Shown one piece after another: positions 18,450-28,196 of a stretch of 32,000 bases of DNA. The DNA comes from an uncultured Methanolobus sp. Its GTDB lineage: Archaea > Halobacteriota > Methanosarcinia > Methanosarcinales > Methanosarcinaceae. A program made the position numbers and the translations under genes. Positions within the stretch are counted from its first letter, which is position 1; each line of letters opens with the position of its first letter. The notes beneath the pieces are model-generated. The model did not search any database. It had not been told where the DNA came from and saw only the letters and a list, made by a program, of their open reading frames with translations. The stretch spans positions 2,424,218-2,456,217 of the forward strand of contig NZ_CAXXTT010000002.1 of NCBI RefSeq assembly GCF_963665675.2, given 5' to 3'.

Positions 18450-20480
18450 ATGTCTGCTAGTACGGGAAATGTAGCTGGCTCTGTCCTGCCGTTGATGTTG
18501 CAGAACGCTGGCCAGGATTTGTTCACCAGATTAAATATAGGGATAATTTATCTTGATGAACACAACAGGTTGCTCTGCTCCAATAAGGTAGTACGTGACC
18601 TGACGGGCTTTGTGGCCGAAGAACTTTTTGATGAAAACTATGGTGAGCTTTGTTGTGATTCTCATTACAATAATAACTCTCTTTCCGAATTCTTTTTATC
18701 AACGCGACCTTTGTATGAAGAAAGGTCCTGTAAGTTCCGGATAACTGACAAAAAAGGTAATTTCAGATACCTGTTATGCGATGTATTCCCTTTTCCTGAC
18801 AATTGTAAAAGCAAGGGGGGAAAAATATGCATTTTAAGGGCTGATGCAATACATGGCCCTGATGAAAATGACTTTTCTTCTGAAGAACACAATGATGAGC
18901 ACAAAATTGAAAATATGTACCTTCGGGAAAAAGTGCTTTCAAAACTCGGGGAAAAAACCCTATCATGCAGTAATATTAATTCACTGATGGATTATGCACT
19001 AAAACTGGTAGCAAAAGCACTGGATGTAAAATATTCTCTTATTATGGAGAGACTTCAGGACGGCCAATTCCTGCTGAGGTATGGATACGGTCTGAGTGAA
19101 TGGTGCATAGGTTCTGCACTGGTAGAAAAGGAAACGGGATCTCCATCAGGATATACGGCTTTTACCGGCAGTTCGCTGGTTGTAGAGGATATGCGTACAG
19201 AAGAGCGTTTCTTTGTACCGCGTTTCCTTCATGAACATAATATTGTTAGCGGTGTCGCTGTTATCATTGGTGACAGGAAAGATATGTATGGTGTGATGTG
19301 CATCTACACGGATAATCAAAGGAAATTTACCGAACATGATGTTAATTTCCTTCAGTCAATTGCTAATATTCTTGCCGAAAAAATCAAACTCCGGGATTCT
19401 TTTAAGTCACTGGAACTTTACAGGAACCTGATAAACCAGTCCAGTGATTACATAATGGTGCTCAATGCCGTGACAAAAAAGTTCATCTATGTCAGTAATA
19501 AGGTATTTCATGATCTTGGCTTCACGGAAGCTGAGATACTGGGACAGGATATCTTTGATCCCGGTTGCTTTATAAACGGGCATGATATGCATGAACATAT
19601 CGGTAACATGGCTGAAGATGACGATATTGTGGTTGAATTCAAATTAATGGCAAAGGATGGTTCGTTAATTCCTGTCGAGATAAGTTTCTCATTTGTTGAG
19701 GACGCAGGCACTACTTATATAGTGTTAATCGGCCGTGATATAAGTGAACGCCACATACTGGAACTCGCAATAAAGGAACGCGCAAGACAGCTTGAATACT
19801 CCAATGAGATCAAGAATCTGTTTGCGGATATCACAAGTCATGACCTGATCAACTCTATTTCTTTAATTGAAGGATTTTCAGGCTATCTTAAGGATATGGA
19901 AACCGATGAGGAAAAAAAGCATCTCTTAGGGCATATTGTAAGTAGCACGGCCAGATTGAAGAAGACGATAGATTCGGCTACTGTATTTGCCAGGCTCAAC
20001 AGTACATCAGACATGAGTACTGAGGAGATTGATCTTCTTTTAATGTATTATGGTGCTCTTGAGAGAATTCTGGAAAAAATATCTGAGAAAGGTATAAACG
20101 TTAAGCTCGATTCACCCAGGCAGTGCAATGCACTTGTAAATCCGATAATTGAGGAAGTATTCTATAACCTGCTTTCAAACGCGATCAAATATTCTCCGCA
20201 AGGCGGCACAATAATAGTGAACATAGCACCCGAAGACAGCAAATGGAAAGTCAGCATTTCCGATGAAGGCCCGGGTATCTCCGATGAGGACAAGAAAAAG
20301 ATATTTGGCAGATTCAGAAGAGCTGACGCTTCACATGTAAGTGGACATGGTCTGGGACTTGCAATCGCCCGCATGGCATTGAAATGCCATGGTGAGGAGA
20401 TTTATGTTGAAGACAATGGCACCGGTGTTGGTACTACTTTTTGTTTTACTGTCCAGGCTGCTGGCATGTCCGAGTCATAA
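18450..20480 (+). CDS. Multi-sensor (PAS-GAF-PAS) histidine kinase
   Basis: 676 aa with H-box FADITSHDLINSI, N-box NLLSNAIKYSP, and G-boxes DEGPGI and GHGLGLAIA. PAS- and GAF-like sensory regions lie upstream. No cognate response regulator is adjacent. Confidence 0.85.
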   Translation: MSASTGNVAGSVLPLMLQNAGQDLFTRLNIGIIYLDEHNRLLCSNKVVRDLTGFVAEELFDENYGELCCDSHYNNNSLSEFFLSTRPLYEERSCKFRITDKKGNFRYLLCDVFPFPDNCKSKGGKICILRADAIHGPDENDFSSEEHNDEHKIENMYLREKVLSKLGEKTLSCSNINSLMDYALKLVAKALDVKYSLIMERLQDGQFLLRYGYGLSEWCIGSALVEKETGSPSGYTAFTGSSLVVEDMRTEERFFVPRFLHEHNIVSGVAVIIGDRKDMYGVMCIYTDNQRKFTEHDVNFLQSIANILAEKIKLRDSFKSLELYRNLINQSSDYIMVLNAVTKKFIYVSNKVFHDLGFTEAEILGQDIFDPGCFINGHDMHEHIGNMAEDDDIVVEFKLMAKDGSLIPVEISFSFVEDAGTTYIVLIGRDISERHILELAIKERARQLEYSNEIKNLFADITSHDLINSISLIEGFSGYLKDMETDEEKKHLLGHIVSSTARLKKTIDSATVFARLNSTSDMSTEEIDLLLMYYGALERILEKISEKGINVKLDSPRQCNALVNPIIEEVFYNLLSNAIKYSPQGGTIIVNIAPEDSKWKVSISDEGPGISDEDKKKIFGRFRRADASHVSGHGLGLAIARMALKCHGEEIYVEDNGTGVGTTFCFTVQAAGMSES

Positions 20481-20609
20481 CTTTAATTAGGAATTGCGGG
20501 GATAATTTAAACCTCATAATTTGTTTTTGAATGGTGCCTGTAACATGTCATTACCATAAGTAATATATAGGTACCAAAAAATTACTGTTATGCTTTAGAG
20601 GTATATGGA

Positions 20610-22112
20610 ATGGTTAAGAAAACAATTCATGAGATCAATAGCAAGATCAGAGATGGAAGTGTCAATGTGGTCACTGCCGAGGAAATGGTTCACATTGTGG
20701 GTGAACTTGGCGCAGAAGAGGCTGCAAAAGAAGTTGATGTTGTAACTACCGGAACTTTTGGTGCTATGTGTTCATCGGGCGTCTGGCTGAACTTCGGACA
20801 CTCAGAACCCCCTATCAAGATGCAGAAAGTCTTCCTCAATGATGTGGAGGCATATACCGGTGTTGCGGCAGTTGATGCTTTCATAGGTGCAACGCAGATC
20901 TCTGAAACCCTTGGCATGGATTACGGCGGTGCCCATGTAATTGAAGACCTGATAAGAGGCAAGTCCGTGCATCTTCATGCAATGTCCCATGGGACAGACT
21001 GTTATCCCCGGAAGGTTCTTGACACAACACTTTCCCTTGATGACATGAACCAGGCCATTATGATGAACCCCCGCAATGCATATCAGAAATACAATTCTGC
21101 GACAAACAGTACCAAGAGCACAATACACACTTACATGGGGTCTTTACTTCCATCCTTTGGAAATGTCACTTACTCAGGAGCCGGTGTTCTTTCACCATTA
21201 TCAAATGACCCGGATTACATGACCATTGGTACAGGCACAAGGATATTCCTTGGAGGTGCACAGGGTTACATAGTCGGACAGGGAACCCAGCATTCTTCAG
21301 GCGGAGGATTTGGTACGCTAATGGTTCAGGGTGACCTCAAGAATATGAGCACGGATTATATCAGGGCTGCAAATTTCACAGGTTACGGCACTTCACTTTA
21401 TGTTGGCATGGGTGTACCTATTCCAATACTCAATGAGCAGATAGCCCAGGCAACTGCAGTAACTGATGCAGGTGTAACCACTCAAATACTTGATTATGGA
21501 ATACCCAGCAGGGACAGGCCGGCAATACGTGATGTGACCTATGAAGAATTACGAAGCGGTTTTGTGGATATTGATGGCAGGGAAGTGCCGACTTCATCTC
21601 TTTCAAGTTTCAAGAAATCCAGAATAATTGCAAATGAACTTAAAGGTTGGATATCAAGAGGTGAGTTCTTTGTATCCATGCCTGTTGAGAGGATTCCAAA
21701 AGACGTATCGGCAAAGCCAATGAAGCAGACAGAAGGCATTGCGCTTGTTTCCGATATTATGGCTGTTAGTGTGGTGACCATAAACAAGGATGCCAGTGTG
21801 TATGACGCAGCGAAGATTATACAGGATACTTCATTTAACCATCTTCCTGTGCTGAATAGTGATAAGACTCTGGCGGGAATAATTACTGCATGGGATATTG
21901 CAAAGGCAGTTTCCCTGAACAAGTTCGATCTTGTGGGAGAAATAATGACTCGCAAGGTCATAACTGCAAATGCCGATGAGAGGGTAGCGGTGGTTGCCAG
22001 GCGACTTGACCAGAATGAAGTTTCTGCCATGCCGGTCATTAATAAAGACAGGCATATCATAGGCATGATTACCAGTGATGATATAAGCAAGCTGTATGCC
22101 AGGAGGTCATAG
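20610..22112 (+). CDS. COG1900-family homocysteine biosynthesis protein with C-terminal CBS pair (MA1821 / MJ0100-like)
   Basis: 500 aa. A large N-terminal COG1900-type domain is followed by two CBS-like segments (VVTINKDASVYDAAKII.., VITANADERVAVVARRL..VSAMPVI). The gene is immediately followed by its known NIL-ferredoxin partner. I recognised the family from memory. Confidence 0.78.
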   Translation: MVKKTIHEINSKIRDGSVNVVTAEEMVHIVGELGAEEAAKEVDVVTTGTFGAMCSSGVWLNFGHSEPPIKMQKVFLNDVEAYTGVAAVDAFIGATQISETLGMDYGGAHVIEDLIRGKSVHLHAMSHGTDCYPRKVLDTTLSLDDMNQAIMMNPRNAYQKYNSATNSTKSTIHTYMGSLLPSFGNVTYSGAGVLSPLSNDPDYMTIGTGTRIFLGGAQGYIVGQGTQHSSGGGFGTLMVQGDLKNMSTDYIRAANFTGYGTSLYVGMGVPIPILNEQIAQATAVTDAGVTTQILDYGIPSRDRPAIRDVTYEELRSGFVDIDGREVPTSSLSSFKKSRIIANELKGWISRGEFFVSMPVERIPKDVSAKPMKQTEGIALVSDIMAVSVVTINKDASVYDAAKIIQDTSFNHLPVLNSDKTLAGIITAWDIAKAVSLNKFDLVGEIMTRKVITANADERVAVVARRLDQNEVSAMPVINKDRHIIGMITSDDISKLYARRS

Positions 22113-22114
22113 AT

Positions 22115-22507
22115 TTGAAGATCAAGATCAATATTTCAAGTGACATACTCACAAAACCTATTATGGCTGAATCGATAGTTGAGACCGGCGTACTTCTGAA
22201 CATCTCACAGGCACATTTTGACCGTTCACATGGTGAAGTGGTTGCAGATGTGGATGCAGAGAAATTCGAGCCAATATGCAAATCCCTGACAAACAGGGGT
22301 GCAGTGGTCACAAAACTGGATACGCCTATAAAGTGGGATGAGAATGAATGTGTTGAGTGCAGTGCCTGTGTTTCAGTCTGTCCAACCAAGGTTTTCTCCC
22401 TGGATGATGATTTCAGCCTGCAGGTGGACGAGACTAAATGTATCCAGTGTGCAACATGTGTTGACATGTGCCCACATAATGCGCTATCCCTTGGAAATAG
22501 CAAGTGA
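22115..22507 (+). CDS. NIL-domain / 2x[4Fe-4S] ferredoxin (MA1822-like partner of COG1900)
   Basis: 130 aa with two cluster motifs, CVECSACVSVCP and CIQCATCVDMCP, after an N-terminal NIL-like domain. The TTG start at 22115 is preceded by a perfect SD AGGAGGT at 22101-22107. Confidence 0.8.
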   Translation: MKIKINISSDILTKPIMAESIVETGVLLNISQAHFDRSHGEVVADVDAEKFEPICKSLTNRGAVVTKLDTPIKWDENECVECSACVSVCPTKVFSLDDDFSLQVDETKCIQCATCVDMCPHNALSLGNSK

Positions 22508-22551
22508 TGCATTACCTTTTTTTCTAATTTTTCAATTCCGGATGCAGTATC

Positions 22552-23265
22552 ATGAAGGAGTATTTCAGGCTGAAGGAGACCATTGTCACAATTCAGGCAG
22601 ACTCTGAATTTTATATTGAAGCCGCCCGGGAATCAATCAGGAAAAACCGCAGGGAACTCGAATTATATATTGCTTACGACCCTTTTTTCCAGAGTACCCT
22701 TGAACCTTATGATTGCAATGGTGATTTTCCTGAGCTTGTCAGGAGAATGATAAATGCCGGAAATGCCATGGATATCGGACCTATGAGTGCTGTGGCGGGT
22801 ACTATCTCTGCCCTTGCGGTGGAGGCCATGGTTGATGCCGGGGCAAAGTTTGCGATTGTGGACAATGGCGGTGACATCGCTATTATCAACGACAGGCCGG
22901 TGCTTATGGGAATTTATGCAGGGAATTCTCCGCTGAAGAACCTTGGCTTTGTAATGGAACCACGTGATTCTATTACCGGAGTATGTACTTCCTCAGGCAG
23001 TGTCGGTCCTTCCATAAGTTTTGGAATGGCAGATGCAGCTGTGGTTTTTTCGGATGATGTGTCTCTGGCCGATGCTGCGGCCACAGCTCTTGGAAATGCA
23101 ACAGATATAGGAAGAGAGGCAGTTGAAGATTCCTTTGACGTTGTAAAAATTGTTGACGGAATAAAAGGAGCCATTGTAATTCAGGGTGAGTTCATGGGTT
23201 TCTGGGGAGATGTGCCTGACATTCAGAGGGCTGATGTGAAACACGAGTGCATCACTAAAGGCTGA
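22552..23265 (+). CDS. UPF0280 / COG2122 ApbE-like protein (MA1715-like)
   Basis: 237-aa soluble protein whose Gly/Ala-rich core ([24 protein letters not shown]) recalls the archaeal UPF0280 family. This is an assignment from memory and needs an HMM check. Confidence 0.65.
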   Translation: MKEYFRLKETIVTIQADSEFYIEAARESIRKNRRELELYIAYDPFFQSTLEPYDCNGDFPELVRRMINAGNAMDIGPMSAVAGTISALAVEAMVDAGAKFAIVDNGGDIAIINDRPVLMGIYAGNSPLKNLGFVMEPRDSITGVCTSSGSVGPSISFGMADAAVVFSDDVSLADAAATALGNATDIGREAVEDSFDVVKIVDGIKGAIVIQGEFMGFWGDVPDIQRADVKHECITKG

Positions 23266-23365
23266 GATTCTTTTAGGTTATTTTTCGGAACAAAAATCTT
23301 TTATTGTTCTGCTCCAATCCTGAATCTGTTTATTTTCCTTAATGCGCATGTAGTTTGCGCGGACG

Positions 23366-24520
23366 ATGAGAAGTATGTTATCTGAAAAAGTTGCAAATAT
23401 TCCTCCGTTTTATGTTATGGAGGTACTGGAACGGGCACAACAGCTTGAAGAAGAGGGTAGGAGCATAATCCACCTTGAGATAGGTGAACCTGATTTTCCG
23501 ACAGCTTTGCACATATGTGATGCTGCTAAGGCTGCAATGTGTGCAGGTAATACAAAATATACTCACAGTCAGGGACTTATAGAACTGCGGCAGTCTATTG
23601 CAAAGAGCTATAAGGACAGGTTCGATGTGGATATCGGTCCTGGCCAGATAATCGTCACTTCAGGTACAAGTCCTGCAATGCTTTTACTTTTCCTTGCGCT
23701 CATCGACCAGGGCGATGAGATCATCATGTCAAATCCTCATTATGCATGTTACCCGAATTTTGTGACAACAGCAGGCGGGGTGCCGGATTTCATTTACACC
23801 AATGAGGACAACGGTTTCATGTTACAGCCGGATGAACTTGCCGCACATATCAATCCTAAAACAAAAGCAATCCTTATCAATTCTCCATCCAATCCAACCG
23901 GTCAGGTGTTGCCCGCAGAGACTCTGAAGGGAATTGCACAGGTTGCAGGAGACGTTCCTATCATATCTGATGAGATATATCAGGGACTTGTTTACGAAGG
24001 CGAGGATCATACTATATTAGAGTACACTGACAATGCCTTTGTTCTCAATGGTTTTTCCAAGCTCTATGCAATGACCGGCTGGAGACTTGGCTACCTGATC
24101 GCACCGAAACAGTATGCCAGGACTTTACAAAAGGTCCAGCAGAATCTTTTCATTTCCACAAATGCCTTTGTCCAGCACGCAGGTGTTGCTGCTCTTGAAG
24201 GACCCCAGGAGCAGACACAGGAAATGGTGAATACATATAATGAGAGGCGTCTCTATCTTATCAAAAGGCTAAGAGACATTGGTTTTGGCATAAGGACTGA
24301 ACCGAAAGGCGCTTACTACGTACTTGCAGATGCCCGTAAATTTGGTTATGATTCACTTGTATTGAGCAGGCAGATACTGGAGGACATCGGGGTTGCAGTC
24401 ACTCCCGGGATTGATTTTGGTCTGGGTGCGGAAGGCCATTTGCGTTTTTCTTACGCAAACAGTCTTGAGAATATAAAAGAAGGTATGGACAGGCTGGAGA
24501 AGTATCTGAAGAAAGAGTGA
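23366..24520 (+). CDS. Class I/II PLP-dependent aminotransferase (aspartate aminotransferase-like)
   Basis: 384 aa. It contains the PLP-lysine motif NGFSKLYAMTGWRLGY and the NSPSNPTG motif typical of the AspC/AAT subfamily. Confidence 0.85.
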   Translation: MRSMLSEKVANIPPFYVMEVLERAQQLEEEGRSIIHLEIGEPDFPTALHICDAAKAAMCAGNTKYTHSQGLIELRQSIAKSYKDRFDVDIGPGQIIVTSGTSPAMLLLFLALIDQGDEIIMSNPHYACYPNFVTTAGGVPDFIYTNEDNGFMLQPDELAAHINPKTKAILINSPSNPTGQVLPAETLKGIAQVAGDVPIISDEIYQGLVYEGEDHTILEYTDNAFVLNGFSKLYAMTGWRLGYLIAPKQYARTLQKVQQNLFISTNAFVQHAGVAALEGPQEQTQEMVNTYNERRLYLIKRLRDIGFGIRTEPKGAYYVLADARKFGYDSLVLSRQILEDIGVAVTPGIDFGLGAEGHLRFSYANSLENIKEGMDRLEKYLKKE

Positions 24521-24701
24521 TTTAAAAACACCATTCTTCTGAATTTATATTCGCACTTATTAGCTTATTTTTATATTACCTATTTTTTGTAGGCAAAAGT
24601 AGTAAACTTAAAATAGTACCTGTTGCATACAAAAATATAACCTACAATTATTAGATTGGTGAGCAAACCGTTTACCAGATCTATGAAAGGTGGTTTTTGA
24701 A

Positions 24702-25193
24702 ATGACAACTGAGAGAACTGAAGATTATCTGAAGGTCATCGAAAAGATAATCGAAAGAAAAGGCTATGCACAGGTCAAGGATGTTTCAAGGGAGCTTGAT
24801 ATAAGTTCTCCAAGTGTCACCGGAATGTTCAAGAAACTTACCAAGATGGGTTACATCAATTATGAAAAATACGGCGGTGTCACGCTTACTCCTGACGGGG
24901 AAAAGATAGCAAAGTGTACCATGGAAAAACATGGTGTTATTAAGGATTTCTTGCTAATTCTTGGTCTTGATATGGAAATTGCAGATCAGGATGCCTGTAA
25001 GATAGAACATGTACTTGCACCGGAAACATTTAAAACGCTCACTAAGTTCGTTGAATTTATGAATATGAAGGATGAATGGCCAAACTGGCTGGATCATTTT
25101 AATTATTATTGTGAAACAGGCGAGTATATTGATTGCGATCCATCTTCAAAGGATAAATGTCCGATTCATGGTGAGAGTCATAGTAAACAGTAG
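24702..25193 (+). CDS. DtxR/MntR-family metal-dependent transcriptional repressor
   Basis: The N-terminal wHTH is TEDYLKVIEKIIERKGYAQVKDVSRELDISSPSVTGMFKKLTKMGYI, followed by a dimerisation/metal-binding domain and a Cys/His-rich tail. ATG 24702 has SD AAGGTGG upstream. The ORF-track start is GTG 24690. Confidence 0.85.
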   Translation: MTTERTEDYLKVIEKIIERKGYAQVKDVSRELDISSPSVTGMFKKLTKMGYINYEKYGGVTLTPDGEKIAKCTMEKHGVIKDFLLILGLDMEIADQDACKIEHVLAPETFKTLTKFVEFMNMKDEWPNWLDHFNYYCETGEYIDCDPSSKDKCPIHGESHSKQ

Positions 25194-25383
25194 CTTACAA
25201 TAGATTTCTATTGAAATATCCTTATTACTCCTTTTTTTGTTATAGTTCACAAGCAAATACTAACAGTTGTAACTATAAATGCGAATATCTTTTGTTTTTG
25301 TATGCGAAAACAAATTAGGCAATGCGAAATTGCTATATATAACAAACTGGTTAGAGCTACCATTAAATAGGACAGGGAACGAC

Positions 25384-25626
25384 TTGAGCGAAGATCAGGA
25401 AACCACACTGGACACACTGAAACCCGGAGAGAAAGCCAGGATTTCAAAAGTAAGGGTCAAAGGTACTGCAAGGCGAAAACTCATGGATATGGGAATGGTC
25501 GCAGGAACTGAAATCGAACTTGTCAGGAACGCTCCTCTTGGAGACCCTATGGATTACAACATAAAGGGCTACCACCTGTCTATCCGCAAAGAAGAAGCAA
25601 AACAGATATTTATTACTAGGCTATGA
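25384..25626 (+). CDS. feoA: FeoA
   Basis: SH3-like FeoA core: LKPGEKARISKVRVKGTARRKLMDMGMVAGTEIELVRNAPLGDP. I prefer TTG 25384, which gives 80 aa and has a purine-rich AGGACAGGGA upstream. ATG 25279 would put the coding sequence over the TATATATA box at about 25334. Confidence 0.72.
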   Translation: MSEDQETTLDTLKPGEKARISKVRVKGTARRKLMDMGMVAGTEIELVRNAPLGDPMDYNIKGYHLSIRKEEAKQIFITRL

Positions 25627-25699
25627 ACAGGCTGTTTTCCAAACCTTTTAGATATTTTGTAAACTATAATTATAGTATAACTGTTCCTGAGGATAGTCC

Positions 25700-27697
25700 A
25701 TGGATGGCAGTAAGATAAAGATAGCACTAACAGGAAACCCTAATGTCGGAAAAACCACTCTTTTTAATGCGCTGACGGGTTCCAGGCAACATGTGGGCAA
25801 CTGGCCTGGCGTTACTGTCGAAAAAAAGAGCGGCATGGTCTCTTACAAAGGTTATGATATTGAGGTCATAGATCTGCCAGGTACGTACAGTCTTACTGCC
25901 TATTCCATGGATGAGATAGTTGCCCGTGATTTTATTATTGAGGAAAAACCGGATATTGTCATTCAGGTTGTGGATGCATCCAACCTTGAAAGAAATCTCT
26001 ATCTGACCACCCAGCTCATGGAGCTTGGCTCTGAGATACTCGTTGTACTCAACATGTGTGACATTGCAGAAGAAAGAGGCGACCGCATTTATGTAGATAA
26101 GATGGAAGAGCTTCTTGCAACTCCTGTGATAAGGACCGTTGCCAGCCAGAAAAAAGGTATATGCGATTTGCTGGATAGGGTTATCGAGCAAAAAGAGGTC
26201 AGACAATATCATGGTCATGAGATAGGTTATGGCACTGAGATCGAAGACAAGATTCTTGAGATTGAAAAAGTGCTTGCTGAGGACGAAGCACGGGACACCA
26301 GATATCCACTCAGGTGGTTAAGTATACGCCTTCTGGAAGGCGACAGTAATGTCCGGGAGAAAATCTCAAAAAGCCCGGTCTATGATCGGGTTATACAGGT
26401 AATAGATTCTATTGATAAGGAAGAGTTTGAGGCTGAAATAGCTGACAAGCGCTATCTTGCAATTAATACGGTTTTCCCTCAGATGTGTACAAGGGCTTAT
26501 GACAGACTTACAAAATCCGATATGATCGACAGAGTTCTTACCAATAAGTACCTTGGAATTCCAATATTTCTTGCGCTTATGTGGGGTGCGTTCGAGCTGA
26601 CATTTGCCTTTGCAACTCCTTTCATGGACATGATCGACCTTGCAACAACGTGGTTTGCGGATTATGTTTCATCAAGTCTTCAACCTGCATGGCTGGCATC
26701 CCTTGTAGGTGACGGTATAATTGGTGGTGTGGGTGCTGTACTTGTGTTTGTGCCCAATATCTTCATATTGTTCTTCCTGCTGTCGCTACTGGAAGGAAGC
26801 GGCTATCTTGCCAGAGCAGCGTTTATCATGGACAAGCTCATGTATAAGATAGGCATGCACGGCAAGTCATTCATCCCTATGCTCATGGGATTTGGGTGCA
26901 ACGTGCCTGCCATAATGGCCGCAAGAAGCATTGAGGATGAAAAGGACAGGCTTATCACTATATTAGTAGTGCCATTCGTTTCATGCGGGGCCAGGTTACC
27001 TATATATGTATTGTTTGCAGGAGCTTTCTTTGGCAGGCAGGCGGGAACTGTAATATTTGGAATGTATGTGCTGGGAATAATCATTGCGATAATATCTGCA
27101 AAGTTACTCCGGGCAACAGTTGTCAGGGGGAAACCTGCACCATTTATCATGGAGCTTCCACCTTATAGGGTCCCAACCCTTAAAACCAGTTTTATTCATA
27201 TGTGGGACAACGGTTTCATGTATATCAAGAAAGCCGGCACTATAATATTAGTAGGTGTCGTGGTCATCTGGGCACTGGCATCATTTCCATGGGGTGTGCA
27301 GTATGGAAGCGAGGACAGTTATGTAGGCTCCCTTGGTCATGCGGTGGAACCTATTCTTAAACCACTGGGCTTTGACTGGAAGATATCGGTTGCCCTGATA
27401 TTCGGACTGGTTGCCAAGGAGATCGTTGTTGCATCCATGGGTGTACTTTACGGTTCAGGTGATAATTCGGATATGCTGAGTGACAGGTTGCTGGCCGATT
27501 CAGGCTTGAATGCATTGAATTCTCTCAGTCTTATGGCTTTCAGTCTGCTGTATATGCCATGTGTGGCAACAGTAGGGGTTATCAGGAAAGAAACAGGCTC
27601 ATGGAAGTGGACAATATTTGCGATATTTTATGGAATCATTGTGGCGTGGATCACAGCATTTGTAATATACCAGGGAGGTGTCCTGCTTGGATATTAG
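25700..27697 (+). CDS. feoB: FeoB ferrous iron transporter (G-domain + permease)
   Basis: 665 aa. G1 is GNPNVGKTTLFNALTG, G3 is DLPGTYS and G4 is NMCD. A polytopic membrane domain follows. Confidence 0.95.
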   Translation: MDGSKIKIALTGNPNVGKTTLFNALTGSRQHVGNWPGVTVEKKSGMVSYKGYDIEVIDLPGTYSLTAYSMDEIVARDFIIEEKPDIVIQVVDASNLERNLYLTTQLMELGSEILVVLNMCDIAEERGDRIYVDKMEELLATPVIRTVASQKKGICDLLDRVIEQKEVRQYHGHEIGYGTEIEDKILEIEKVLAEDEARDTRYPLRWLSIRLLEGDSNVREKISKSPVYDRVIQVIDSIDKEEFEAEIADKRYLAINTVFPQMCTRAYDRLTKSDMIDRVLTNKYLGIPIFLALMWGAFELTFAFATPFMDMIDLATTWFADYVSSSLQPAWLASLVGDGIIGGVGAVLVFVPNIFILFFLLSLLEGSGYLARAAFIMDKLMYKIGMHGKSFIPMLMGFGCNVPAIMAARSIEDEKDRLITILVVPFVSCGARLPIYVLFAGAFFGRQAGTVIFGMYVLGIIIAIISAKLLRATVVRGKPAPFIMELPPYRVPTLKTSFIHMWDNGFMYIKKAGTIILVGVVVIWALASFPWGVQYGSEDSYVGSLGHAVEPILKPLGFDWKISVALIFGLVAKEIVVASMGVLYGSGDNSDMLSDRLLADSGLNALNSLSLMAFSLLYMPCVATVGVIRKETGSWKWTIFAIFYGIIVAWITAFVIYQGGVLLGY

Positions 27698-27734
27698 TGT
27701 AGCAGCAGAAGAAAAACCGGATACAAGGATACCT

Positions 27735-28196
27735 ATGGTCTTTTCACTTGTCTGTGGTTCTATATATATTATACTGGGATTGCTGCAACTGGCGGCGGGA
27801 ACTGGCAGGGTACTCATCGGTTCTGATTTTAGCATACCATTGGCTAATGTTCTTTTTGTACCTGCGGATCTGATAGGGTCTTTTGTCCTATTGCTCATTG
27901 GTACTGTGTTTATTTACGGTGTACTGGAAATGCGTTCAGGGATGTATGAAGGCATATCTTATGCTTATGTAGGAATCCTCCTTGCGCTTATATTTGCGCT
28001 CATATACTTGCTTGTGTGCACAGGCAATTTGCTTGAGACATATCTTCTCAGGAACGAGGAATTTGCAGGCTGGACCCCTCTCAGTGATATGAGGCCGGGT
28101 ATATATCTTGCGATTCTCCCTCTTTTTGCATATGTCAAATGGAAGGATATTTTTGAACCTGTTCCGAAAAATAGTATCAGGATGGATCTCAAATGA
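27735..28196 (+). CDS. Uncharacterised small membrane protein (about 4 TM) inside the feo operon
   Basis: Hydrophobic ORF overlapping the feoB end (the ORF opens at GTG 27678; ATG 27735 is the first ATG). Its stop overlaps the next gene start (ATGA at 28193-28196). I recognise no family motif. Confidence 0.55.
   Translation: MVFSLVCGSIYIILGLLQLAAGTGRVLIGSDFSIPLANVLFVPADLIGSFVLLLIGTVFIYGVLEMRSGMYEGISYAYVGILLALIFALIYLLVCTGNLLETYLLRNEEFAGWTPLSDMRPGIYLAILPLFAYVKWKDIFEPVPKNSIRMDLK

Noticed and set aside
21539-22512. Long antisense ORFs (183 aa and 147 aa) opposite the COG1900-CBS and NIL-ferredoxin genes.
   Set aside because: The sense-strand genes have recognisable domains (CBS pair, two 4Fe-4S motifs, perfect SD). 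The antisense products are Ser/Thr/Leu-rich with no motifs.
25279-25383. ATG 25279 as the feoA start (115-aa product).
   Set aside because: The extra 35 codons would run across the TATATATA box (about 25334) and the inverted-repeat element, and would encode a non-FeoA-like hydrophobic or odd peptide. An 80-aa FeoA from TTG 25384 fits the family size. This is not proven.
25648-25836. Minus-strand 62-aa ORF spanning the feoA-feoB spacer and the feoB start.
   Set aside because: It overlaps the FeoB G-domain coding region in antisense and has no independent support.
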